Origin: Ruminococcaceae bacterium UBA7101
GTDB lineage: Bacteria > Bacillota > Clostridia > Oscillospirales > Acutalibacteraceae
Assembly: GCA_002493325.1 (NCBI GenBank)
Contig: DKYL01000004.1
Span: 4,940-68,939 of the forward strand
Length of the DNA: 64,000 nt
Reading direction: 5' to 3'
Shown here: positions 55,846 through 64,000 of the stretch, one piece after another
Layout: each line of letters opens with the position of its first letter
How positions within the stretch are numbered: position 1 is the stretch's first letter
Position numbers and translations under genes: made by a program
The notes under the pieces: generated by a model
Database searches by the model: none
What the model saw: only the letters and a program-made list of their open reading frames with translations
Told to the model about the DNA's origin: nothing

Positions 55846-56329
55846 TTTTGCTCTCCTTATTATCCTTTTTAAACATATCAAAAACAAGATAAGCAATCAG
55901 GCTGACAGCACCGAGCGTAACAGCACAGTCCGCAATATTGAATATTGCAAAATTAACAAAGGTCGGATTTATAAAATCAATTACGTAGCCATAGCAAATT
56001 CTGTCAATCAGATTACCCACAGCACCTGAAATCAAAACACCGATTGTCCAGTAAAGCCACAGATTTTTCTGACATTTCTTAAACATATAAACAGCCATTC
56101 CCACTGTGACAACAGCTGTCAACGCAACAAAAAACCATCTTGCACCGCTGAACATTGAAAATGCCATGCCTGTATTTTCTGCATATCGAAATTCAATAAA
56201 ACCGTTAATAAAATTTTTTGCTCCGTCGGGATAAAGAGCTGATTTTGCAAAATATTTTGTTACCTGATCAATAGCAATAATAACAATAATCATAACAACA
56301 GACCATATATTTTTATTCTTTAATTTCAC
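55838..56329 (-). CDS. lspA: Lipoprotein signal peptidase II
   Basis: DQVTK, NTGMAFS, GAVGNLIDR, VIDF, FNIAD. Confidence 0.96.
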   Translation of the reverse strand: MKLKNKNIWSVVMIIVIIAIDQVTKYFAKSALYPDGAKNFINGFIEFRYAENTGMAFSMFSGARWFFVALTAVVTVGMAVYMFKKCQKNLWLYWTIGVLISGAVGNLIDRICYGYVIDFINPTFVNFAIFNIADCAVTLGAVSLIAYLVFDMFKKDNKESKNG

Positions 56330-56349
56330 AAAATCACTCCTTTTAGAAG

Positions 56350-56379
56350 AGTAGGGTAAAACAACTGTTTTACCCTACT
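56350..56379 (-). other. Stem-loop between ileS and lspA (no U-tract)
   Basis: AGTAGGGTAAAACA-ac-TGTTTTACCCTACT. Confidence 0.55.
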
Positions 56380-56413
56380 GCACACTATATTACAGTGTAC
56401 TTATTCATTATAT

Positions 56414-59212
56414 TTATTCAGCAATTTCTGCCATAACATCAGCACAGTGCTTACAAAGTGTCGGATGCTCTGCAACAGAGCCTACTGTGTCAGAGTATTT
56501 CCAGCAGCGCTCGCACTTTTCGCCCTCAGCCTTGGTAACGGTAACACTGAGTTCATCAACATCACCCTTAACCTCGCCTTCGCCGTTTTCAATAACAACA
56601 GCAGAGGTAATAAAGATTTCAGGAAGCTGTGCTTCAACTGACTTTAAGAAATCAAACAGCTCGCCATCAGCAAACAAAGTAACCTTTGCTTCAAGCGGTT
56701 TACCGATAATCTTTTCATTTCTTGCAAGCTCAAGAGCCTTTTGAACGTCAGTTCTGACCTCGTGAATCTTATCCCACTTGGCAATAAAGGCATCGTCTGC
56801 TTCAATAAAATCAGCCTGCGGAATATCGTTGAACAGAGGTGACTCTGTATTTTTGCTTGATTCGTGAGGCATAGCAAGCCATATTTCGTCAGCAGTATAA
56901 GCAAGAATAGGTGTTAAAAGAAGAGTGAGTGCGTCAAGCACTTTATACAGAACAGTCTGTGCTGCACGGCGTGTTGCACTGTTCGGTGCAGAGGTATAAA
57001 GTCTGTCCTTAAGCACATCAAAGTAGAAGTTACTCATATCAACCACGCAGAAATGGTGCAGTGCATATGCGGAGGTATGATAATCATATTCCTCATAGCC
57101 TTTGCGGGCAACCTCAATAACCTCGTCAAGCTTCATAAGTGCATACTTATCAAGCTCCTCAAGCTTATCATTATCAACCATATCGGTATCCGGGTTAAAG
57201 TCATACAGGTTGCCGATACAGTATCTTGCGGTATTTCTGAGCTTACGGTAGTTATCGCTGATTTGCTTAAGAATTTCCTTACTGATACGGATATCTGCGT
57301 GATAATCAGCACTTGCAACCCAGAGTCTGAGGATATCAGCACCATACTGCTTAACAATATCCTGTGGGTCAATGCCATTTCCAAGTGACTTGGACATTTT
57401 TTTGCCCTCGCCGTCAACTGTCCAGCCGTGGGTGATAATCTGCTCATAAGGCGCTTTTTTCTCGCCGCCTGCAATGGCAGTTAAAAGGGATGACTGGAAC
57501 CATCCGCGGTACTGGTCAGCACCCTCAAGGTAAACATCTGCAGGACGCTTTAAATATGGTCTGTTCTTGCAGACAGCAGCATGTGATGAGCCTGAATCAA
57601 ACCATACGTCCATAATATCCTTTTCTTTATCAAAGCCCTTATCACTGCCGCAGTGTGGACATTTGAAGCCTTCAGGAAGGAAATATTCAGCATCGTGTGC
57701 AAACCATGCGTCTGAGCCCTCTTCGCCGAATATTTTTGAAATTTTCATCATTACATCATTGTCAATGATTTCTTTGCCGCAATCCTGACAATATACAACA
57801 GGGATAGGAACGCCCCATTTTCTCTGACGTGAGATACACCAGTCAGCTCTTTCCTGAACCATTGACTGAAGTCTGTCCTTACCCCACTCAGGAAACCACT
57901 TAACATCCTCTGCAGCCTTAACCGCATCCTCCTTAAAGTCATCAACGGAACAGAACCACTGGCTTGTTGCACGGAAGATAACAGGCTTATGACATCTCCA
58001 GCAGTGCGGATACTGGTGCTCAATCTTTTTGAATGCAAACAGTGCACCGATTTCATCAAGGTGCATAGCGATAGGCTTATTAGCCTCCTCAGTTGTAAGA
58101 CCTGCAAACTGTCCTGCCTCCTCTGTCAATCTGCCTTTTGCATCAACAGGTACAACAATTGGAATTTCAGGATAATTTTTGCAGACAACAAAGTCCTCAA
58201 CACCGTGACCGGGAGCAGTATGAACGCAGCCTGTACCGCTTTCAAGTGTTACGTGATCACCGACAATAACAAGTGATGTTCTGTCAATAAACGGATGCTG
58301 TGTTTTCATATACTCAAGCTCATTGCCGCGGATAATGCCAACTGTTTCATAGTCGGTAACACCCTTTGCTTCCATAGCGGCAGGAGCCAAATCTGTTGCC
58401 ATAATATAAAACTCACCGTCAGCCTTAATTACGGAATACTCATAGTTCGGACCGACACAGATTGCCACGTTAGCAGGCAGAGTCCAGGTTGTTGTGGTCC
58501 AGATTACAAAATAGGTTTTAGCCAAATCAACACCCATTGGTGTGAGCTTGCCCAAATCATCGGTTACATTGAATTTAACATAAATTGAGTGGCAGGGATC
58601 CTCAGCATATTCAATCTCAGCCTCAGCAAGAGCAGTGTTACAATCAGCACACCAATAAACAGGCTTTAAACCCTTATAGATATAGCCCTTTGATGCCATT
58701 GATGCAAACACCTTAATCTGCTCCTCTTCAAACTCTTTCTGAAGAGTGATATAAGGGTTATCCCACTCAGCAATGATACCGAGTCTTTTGAAAGACTCCC
58801 TCTGCAAATCAACATAGCTGAGAGCTGTATCACGGCAGATTTTTCTGAGCTCCAAGTCGGAAATATTTGTTTCGGCACTGATGCCTGCTTTCTTTCTTGC
58901 AGCAAGCTCAGTGGGCAGACCGTGCGTATCCCAGCCGGGTACAAACGGTGACTGAAAGCCGGTCATATTCTTATATCTTACAATAAAGTCCTTAAGTGTT
59001 TTGTTGAGTGCGTGACCGATATGAATATCGCCGTTGGCATATGGAGGACCGTCGTGAAGAACAAACAGCGGCTTGCCCTCGTTATGCTTCATAAGCTGAG
59101 CATACTGGTCATTCGCTTCCCATCTTGCAAGGAATTCAGGCTCTCTTGCGGGAAGACCTGCCCTCATCGGAAATTCGGTTTTTGGTAAATTAAGTGTCTG
59201 ATTATAATCCAT
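56414..59212 (-). CDS. ileS: Isoleucine--tRNA ligase (type 1)
   Basis: HDGPPYANGDIHIGH, WCISRQR, KMSKS, C-terminal zinc finger CERC..CKHC. Confidence 0.98.
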   Translation of the reverse strand: MDYNQTLNLPKTEFPMRAGLPAREPEFLARWEANDQYAQLMKHNEGKPLFVLHDGPPYANGDIHIGHALNKTLKDFIVRYKNMTGFQSPFVPGWDTHGLPTELAARKKAGISAETNISDLELRKICRDTALSYVDLQRESFKRLGIIAEWDNPYITLQKEFEEEQIKVFASMASKGYIYKGLKPVYWCADCNTALAEAEIEYAEDPCHSIYVKFNVTDDLGKLTPMGVDLAKTYFVIWTTTTWTLPANVAICVGPNYEYSVIKADGEFYIMATDLAPAAMEAKGVTDYETVGIIRGNELEYMKTQHPFIDRTSLVIVGDHVTLESGTGCVHTAPGHGVEDFVVCKNYPEIPIVVPVDAKGRLTEEAGQFAGLTTEEANKPIAMHLDEIGALFAFKKIEHQYPHCWRCHKPVIFRATSQWFCSVDDFKEDAVKAAEDVKWFPEWGKDRLQSMVQERADWCISRQRKWGVPIPVVYCQDCGKEIIDNDVMMKISKIFGEEGSDAWFAHDAEYFLPEGFKCPHCGSDKGFDKEKDIMDVWFDSGSSHAAVCKNRPYLKRPADVYLEGADQYRGWFQSSLLTAIAGGEKKAPYEQIITHGWTVDGEGKKMSKSLGNGIDPQDIVKQYGADILRLWVASADYHADIRISKEILKQISDNYRKLRNTARYCIGNLYDFNPDTDMVDNDKLEELDKYALMKLDEVIEVARKGYEEYDYHTSAYALHHFCVVDMSNFYFDVLKDRLYTSAPNSATRRAAQTVLYKVLDALTLLLTPILAYTADEIWLAMPHESSKNTESPLFNDIPQADFIEADDAFIAKWDKIHEVRTDVQKALELARNEKIIGKPLEAKVTLFADGELFDFLKSVEAQLPEIFITSAVVIENGEGEVKGDVDELSVTVTKAEGEKCERCWKYSDTVGSVAEHPTLCKHCADVMAEIAE

Positions 59213-59235
59213 TATATATATTCGCTCCTTAGGAA

Positions 59236-60495
59236 TTATTTTTTCTTTTTAAAAAAGCCCTTAAACTTTCCTCTGTTATCCTCATCCTCGTCCTCATCAG
59301 GGGCAACAAGAGAAATGGTTTCATCTGTATTTACACCTGATTTGTCAACATTAAAGAATGTTTCAAATGGCTGTGCGCTTTCAAACTCAGGCTCATCCTC
59401 AATAATCGGAATGGATGCAACCTCATCATCAACAGGGGTTATTTCATCTGCAGTGAAAGCATTGAGAGCACTTTCAACCTCCTCCTCGGTAGGGGGCTCA
59501 TCGTCCTCATCCTCGTCAATTGGTTCAAAAGCAGGCTCCATTGCTTCAATCTCACTGATTATATCGTCAACCTCATCCTGCTGTGTTTCTTCAAGAACAA
59601 ATTCCTCCTCAGCAGGTGCTTCCTCCTGAACTGCCTCTTCAGCCACAGTTTCTTCTTCAACAGCCTCAGCCTCTGCAGCACCCTCTTCCTGCTCCTCGGC
59701 AGGCTCATCATCAGCCTCTTCTGCGTTATCTGCAACAGGCTCAGCTTCCTCTGCAACAGGCAGTTCGATTTCACCTGCGGCAGCCTTATCAATATTATCC
59801 ACTATGACATCAAGCTCATTCTCCAAGCCCTCTATACTGTCCTCAATGCCTGACTGTGCAAGTTCCTTGAGCTTATTAAGCTGTGCCTCATAAAGGTTAA
59901 CAAGATTTGTTTTAAATTCCTTCGACTCAGCCTTGAGCCTTGACATCATTTCCTGCTGCTGACCCCTTTCATTCTTTGCCTTTTCAACAAGCTCGGCAGT
60001 AAGCTTTTTAGCCTTATCAAGGGTATCCTGTGCAACAAGCTGTGCACTTGAAATTGCAGCATTTGCCTTTGACTGTGCATCAGCAATAATTTCGTCGGCA
60101 GCCTGTGCCTTCTCTTTAGTGAGGTTTGCAACATACTCTCTTGCCTCACCTACAATCTTATCAGCCTTAGCCTTTGCATCCTGTACAGTCTGCTGAGCAG
60201 ATGCAGCGCTTTCGGCAAGGGTCTGCTCTGCCTTTTCCTTAGCCTCGGCTGTAACCTGATGTGCCATCTTCTGAGCTGAGATAATAGCAGTTTTAATAGA
60301 ATCCTCATCATCCCTGTATTCCTCGATACGGTTAGCAAGAATTTCCATTTTGCGGTAAAGCTCCTTGTTCTCCTCACAAACAGCCTCATAGGATTCAATA
60401 ATATCAACTAAAAGCTCGTTGACCTCATTTCTGTCATAGCCGTCACGCTCAACGGTAGAAATCTTTTTTTCACGAATTTGTCTTGGTGTAATCAT
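59236..60495 (-). CDS. divIVA: DivIVA-domain protein with coiled coil and acidic tail
   Basis: MITPRQIREK..GYDRNEVNELL, AQKMA coiled coil. Syntenic with sepF and ileS. Confidence 0.85.
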   Translation of the reverse strand: MITPRQIREKKISTVERDGYDRNEVNELLVDIIESYEAVCEENKELYRKMEILANRIEEYRDDEDSIKTAIISAQKMAHQVTAEAKEKAEQTLAESAASAQQTVQDAKAKADKIVGEAREYVANLTKEKAQAADEIIADAQSKANAAISSAQLVAQDTLDKAKKLTAELVEKAKNERGQQQEMMSRLKAESKEFKTNLVNLYEAQLNKLKELAQSGIEDSIEGLENELDVIVDNIDKAAAGEIELPVAEEAEPVADNAEEADDEPAEEQEEGAAEAEAVEEETVAEEAVQEEAPAEEEFVLEETQQDEVDDIISEIEAMEPAFEPIDEDEDDEPPTEEEVESALNAFTADEITPVDDEVASIPIIEDEPEFESAQPFETFFNVDKSGVNTDETISLVAPDEDEDEDNRGKFKGFFKKKK

Positions 60496-60516
60496 AGCAT
60501 ATTCTCCTTTGAAGGT

Positions 60517-61020
60517 TTACATAAACATTCCGTTATTCTCTAATTCATCAATCAAATCACCCATAACATCAACATTATAAGGTGTAATAATATATGTGCT
60601 GTTTGCAACACGCTTAATCTGACCGTTGCTTGCATAGGCAACACCGCTTAAAAAGTCAAGCAGTCTTCTTGCAACGTCACGGTTCGTGCTTTCAAGGTTA
60701 AGCACAACCGTTCTTTTTTCGTTCAGATTATCGCCGATTGCCGCAGCCTCGTCAAACCTTTCAGGCTTTACAAGCACAACCTGAAGCTGGGTTGTTGTAT
60801 GTATATTAACAACCTTGTCGCTGTCGTGACGTCGCATACGGGGACGCTCTGAAAAACGCTCCTCCTTTTCTGCCTTCGGCGCACGCTCTCTTCTTGATGC
60901 ACGTTCTCTTACAGGAGGCTCCAATCCGATAGAGCTGCTTGCCGCATCATCATAAAAATCGTCAAAATCGTCCTCATCGTTATCTGAAACGATATCCTTT
61001 ATCTTATCAAAAAATCCCAT
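60517..61020 (-). CDS. sepF: Cell division protein SepF
   Basis: VVLVKPERFDE, VVLNLE, RRLLDFLSG, YIITPYNV. Confidence 0.95.
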   Translation of the reverse strand: MGFFDKIKDIVSDNDEDDFDDFYDDAASSSIGLEPPVRERASRRERAPKAEKEERFSERPRMRRHDSDKVVNIHTTTQLQVVLVKPERFDEAAAIGDNLNEKRTVVLNLESTNRDVARRLLDFLSGVAYASNGQIKRVANSTYIITPYNVDVMGDLIDELENNGMFM

Positions 61021-61041
61021 ACTGCCTCTCCTTTTCACTCA

Positions 61042-61773
61042 TCAAAAATATTTTCTTGCACCGAATATAGCAGAACCGACTCTTACTATATTTGAACCAT
61101 TGGCAACGGCAGCCTCAAAATCACCGCTCATTCCCATTGATAAAATATCCATATTAACATTATGTAGTTTTTTATCTCTAATGTCAATGAAAGTTTGATG
61201 CATTGCTTCAAAATATTGCGAAACCTCTGCATCACTGTCACAAATCGGCGGAATTGTCATAAGTCCCTTTATCTGAATAGACGGCATTTCCGCTATCTCA
61301 AGCAAAAGCTCCTCAAGCCCTTCCAGATAAATACCGCTTTTGGATTCCTCCCTGCCGACATTGACCTCAACAAGCACATCCGTAGTTACACCTTTGTTCA
61401 GGGACACCCTGCTGATTTCCTTCGCAAGCTTAACCGAATCCACAGATTCAATCATATCCACCTCGCCGACAATCTGCTTAACCTTATTTGTCTGCAGATG
61501 ACCGATAAGATGCTTTTCAACACCGTCAAGGTGAAGCTCATCCTTTTTACTGAGGTATTCCTGCACTCGGTTTTCACCAATTAAATCCGCACCCAAGTCA
61601 AGTGCTTTGTTAATATAAACGCTTTCAACCGTTTTGGTAACTGCCATCAGCCTTACATCCTCAGGATTTCTGCCTGCTTTTACAGCTGACTCTTCAATCC
61701 TGTGTTTAATAGCCTTGTAGTTATCCTCAACCGATTTCAGTCTGTTTTCATCAAGTATAAACTTTTCCATCAT
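61042..61773 (-). CDS. yggS: YggS-family PLP homeostasis protein
   Basis: MAVTKT, GENRVQE, HLIGHLQTNK, GLMT, LSMGMSGD, VRVGSAIFG. Confidence 0.96.
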   Translation of the reverse strand: MMEKFILDENRLKSVEDNYKAIKHRIEESAVKAGRNPEDVRLMAVTKTVESVYINKALDLGADLIGENRVQEYLSKKDELHLDGVEKHLIGHLQTNKVKQIVGEVDMIESVDSVKLAKEISRVSLNKGVTTDVLVEVNVGREESKSGIYLEGLEELLLEIAEMPSIQIKGLMTIPPICDSDAEVSQYFEAMHQTFIDIRDKKLHNVNMDILSMGMSGDFEAAVANGSNIVRVGSAIFGARKYF

Positions 61774-63016
61774 GCAAGTCCTTTCCTTTTGTAATTATCT
61801 GGTCATAAAAACGGATTGACTTACTGTTATTCGGGTCATAGGCGAACACAGAATAATCCTTTGTTGAATAAATAATTTCACCCTCACGCTGTGAAACCTG
61901 ATTAGCCACAAGGGCATAAACACATTTTTTGCCGTTTTCATCAACGTGAATTGCTGACGACGGCACCTTGAAGCCTGAATAGGAATTATATCTGATTTCA
62001 ATATCCTCAAGCCTCATGGAAGTAATATCGGCATCAAGCTGTGAGGACTGCAGAATCAGAACAGTCTGCTCAACACCAAGCTCAGGCTCGGCACCTGCGA
62101 CTACCTGACACTTTATGACCTTGTCACTGTCCTTGATTGCAACATCAAGTGTGCTGCCGTTTTTAATATCCTTTATATCGGCAGTATTGACAACTGCACA
62201 GAAATACCATTCATAGGTCGTGATAAGCTTGCCGAAGGACTGCGTATTCTTCTGTGCATTTTCAGCCTGCTCAATATAGGACTGCAGTGCTGCCGCATCA
62301 AGCTTTAATACATCTTTATAATTAAAAGCAGCTTCAAGCCCGTCAGTATAGGATGAAAATATACCTGACTGCTCGGTAGTAAGATAGCCTGTGGGCTTGC
62401 AGGCGTTGGCATCAATTGCATTAATCTGCCCCTGCAAATCGCCCTTGACTGCTGAAAAGTCAATGGTCTGACCAATAATCATCTGACGTCTTGTGAGCTT
62501 ATCATTCAAATCATCGGTATATGACGCCAGCTTATCCACTGAGCCTGCATTTGCACAGCGGACATATGAATTAATGTCGTTAAGTATATCCCTGTCAATT
62601 GTTTCAATATCCGTTGTAAGTCCTGCCGTTTTACTTTCAAGCTCAACATAATAATCAAGCTGATTATGCAGTGATTTCAGGGCAGAATAATTTTTTGCAT
62701 TATCCTCGCTTGAAAATTCCATTGCAATATTGCCGTTTACTTTAACCTTTGCACCGTCATCAACACAGGCAACCGTAACCACACCATCGTTGCTGTTCAC
62801 AATATGCTCATCACGTATAACAAGCGCCTTTGCCTCAATCGTATCATAAACTGTTGAGGTAACTGCTGTGATGGTTTCAACATCAACATGTGTTGCCTTG
62901 TAGCATTCGACAAAGATATACCCTGCAATAATCAGCAGAACAATCACCATTACCGCAACATCTTTTCTGATTGAATCGGAATTTTTATTCACTTTTCTTT
63001 TTTCAGACTCTGCCAT
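61751..63016 (-). CDS. HlyD-like membrane-fusion/adaptor family protein (commonly found upstream of yggS in Clostridia)
   Basis: N-terminal TM, LVIRDE, coiled coil, SGIFSSYTDGLE, GFKVPSSAI. Confidence 0.75.
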   Translation of the reverse strand: MAESEKRKVNKNSDSIRKDVAVMVIVLLIIAGYIFVECYKATHVDVETITAVTSTVYDTIEAKALVIRDEHIVNSNDGVVTVACVDDGAKVKVNGNIAMEFSSEDNAKNYSALKSLHNQLDYYVELESKTAGLTTDIETIDRDILNDINSYVRCANAGSVDKLASYTDDLNDKLTRRQMIIGQTIDFSAVKGDLQGQINAIDANACKPTGYLTTEQSGIFSSYTDGLEAAFNYKDVLKLDAAALQSYIEQAENAQKNTQSFGKLITTYEWYFCAVVNTADIKDIKNGSTLDVAIKDSDKVIKCQVVAGAEPELGVEQTVLILQSSQLDADITSMRLEDIEIRYNSYSGFKVPSSAIHVDENGKKCVYALVANQVSQREGEIIYSTKDYSVFAYDPNNSKSIRFYDQIITKGKDLHDGKVYT

Positions 63017-63935
63017 TTAAAAATTCCTCACATTTTTTAACTGCACAATTTATCATTCCGTCATTGCCTGATACATCAGGCTCAAGAAGTACGGCATTTT
63101 CACGCCTTTTAAACCAGGTAATCTGCCGTTTTGCATAACGGCGTGTTTCCTGCTTTAATTTATTAACACAATTTTCAAGGCTGTCTGCACCCTTAAGATA
63201 CGGCATCAGCTCCTTATGACCGATTGCCTGTGCAGATGTGCCTGTGTATTTATCCATACAGTCACGTGCTTCATCCATAATACCAAGGTCAAGCATCATA
63301 TCCACTCTTTTATTAATTCGGTCATAAAGCTTTTGCCTGTCACTGTAATTGATAAAAAAGTAAAGCACTTCATAGGGTGACTCTGTTTTTCTCGAATTTA
63401 TATTCTGCTGTGTTTTTGATGAGCCTGCATAATAAAGCTCCAGTGCTCTCACAACTCTTTTTTTATTGTTTTTATGTATATCCTCTGCTGCTTTTGGGTC
63501 AAGTTCCATAAGCTCGTTATATAAATCATCCTCTGATTTTTCCATAAGTCTTTGCCTTAACGCATTGTCAACAGGTATTTCCTCAAAAATAATATTGTCA
63601 GCAAGGCTGTCAATAAAAAGCCCTGTACCGCCAACGATTATCGGAATGTGATTTCTTGAAAGTATTTCATCAATTTTTGCTCTTGCAAGGTCACACCAGC
63701 GGGCAACGGAAAAGCTCTCACTCGGTTCAAGAAACGCAACAAGGTGATGCGGCACTGCCTGCTGTTCCTCCGCAGTAGGAGCAGCCGTCGCAATGGGCAT
63801 ACCCTTATAAACCTGCATGGAATCGGCAGAAATAATCTCACCGTTCACTGCTTGGGCAAGTGCAATGCCAAGGGCTGTTTTGCCCGAAGCAGTAGCACCT
63901 GCAACAACAATTATTTTCTTTTTCATATTATCCAT
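63003..63935 (-). CDS. miaA: tRNA dimethylallyltransferase
   Basis: GATASGKT, ISADSMQVY, VGGTGLF, RVVRALE, QAIGHKE, TRRYAKRQITWF. Confidence 0.97.
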   Translation of the reverse strand: MDNMKKKIIVVAGATASGKTALGIALAQAVNGEIISADSMQVYKGMPIATAAPTAEEQQAVPHHLVAFLEPSESFSVARWCDLARAKIDEILSRNHIPIIVGGTGLFIDSLADNIIFEEIPVDNALRQRLMEKSEDDLYNELMELDPKAAEDIHKNNKKRVVRALELYYAGSSKTQQNINSRKTESPYEVLYFFINYSDRQKLYDRINKRVDMMLDLGIMDEARDCMDKYTGTSAQAIGHKELMPYLKGADSLENCVNKLKQETRRYAKRQITWFKRRENAVLLEPDVSGNDGMINCAVKKCEEFLNGRV

Positions 63936-64000
63936 ATGCTACACTCTGCCAAACTGCTTTTCTATATCATATTTTGATATTTTAATAAATACAGGTCTGC

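Noticed and set aside
59236-59800. Very acidic DivIVA C-terminal region as a novel domain
   Set aside because: It is a low-complexity, probably disordered Glu/Ala/Asp tail, a common feature of DivIVA-family proteins.
1-64000. CRISPR arrays, tRNA/rRNA genes, transposases and integrases
   Set aside because: No regularly spaced direct repeats, cloverleaf or rRNA-like segments, or DDE/tyrosine/serine recombinase motifs were seen by eye.

Overview
AT-rich chromosomal window from an anaerobic Clostridia-type Firmicute, probably a gut Ruminococcus/Eubacterium-like organism (inferred from gene content). It has about 50 CDS, mostly on the minus strand. Housekeeping genes are nifJ, nadE, nfo and the miaA-HlyD-like-yggS-sepF-divIVA-ileS-lspA-rluD-HAD block. 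Carbohydrate genes include a ~15 kb glycan-utilisation cluster (AlkP-family lipoprotein, GH36, GH35, truncated GH89, six-hairpin glycosidase, GH31, GPH-family MFS transporters), GH20, GH2, GH27 and an L-fucose operon. Metal and redox genes include an ECF transporter, a CadC-HMA-CadA locus, FTR-thioredoxin and a Cu/Zn SOD-like gene. A low-GC decaying islet lies at about 8.45-11.5 kb. I saw no rRNA, tRNA, CRISPR array or transposase. The most unusual observations are: (1) an in-frame WYL-regulator::RtcB C-terminal chimera; (2) two GPH/MFS paralogues sharing an unrecognised ~250-320 aa C-terminal helical domain, each next to a lipoprotein gene; (3) twin C-tract-T-G-tract operators (CsoR/RcnR/NcrB-like) placed against the -35 boxes of a divergently split ECF transporter; (4) an unlisted 46-aa hydrophobic sORF whose RBS and start codon have an upstream complement; (5) relics of an RHS/Ig-like gene; (6) a stand-alone, extremely acidic protein. 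All family calls come from motif recognition by eye; no database searches were run.
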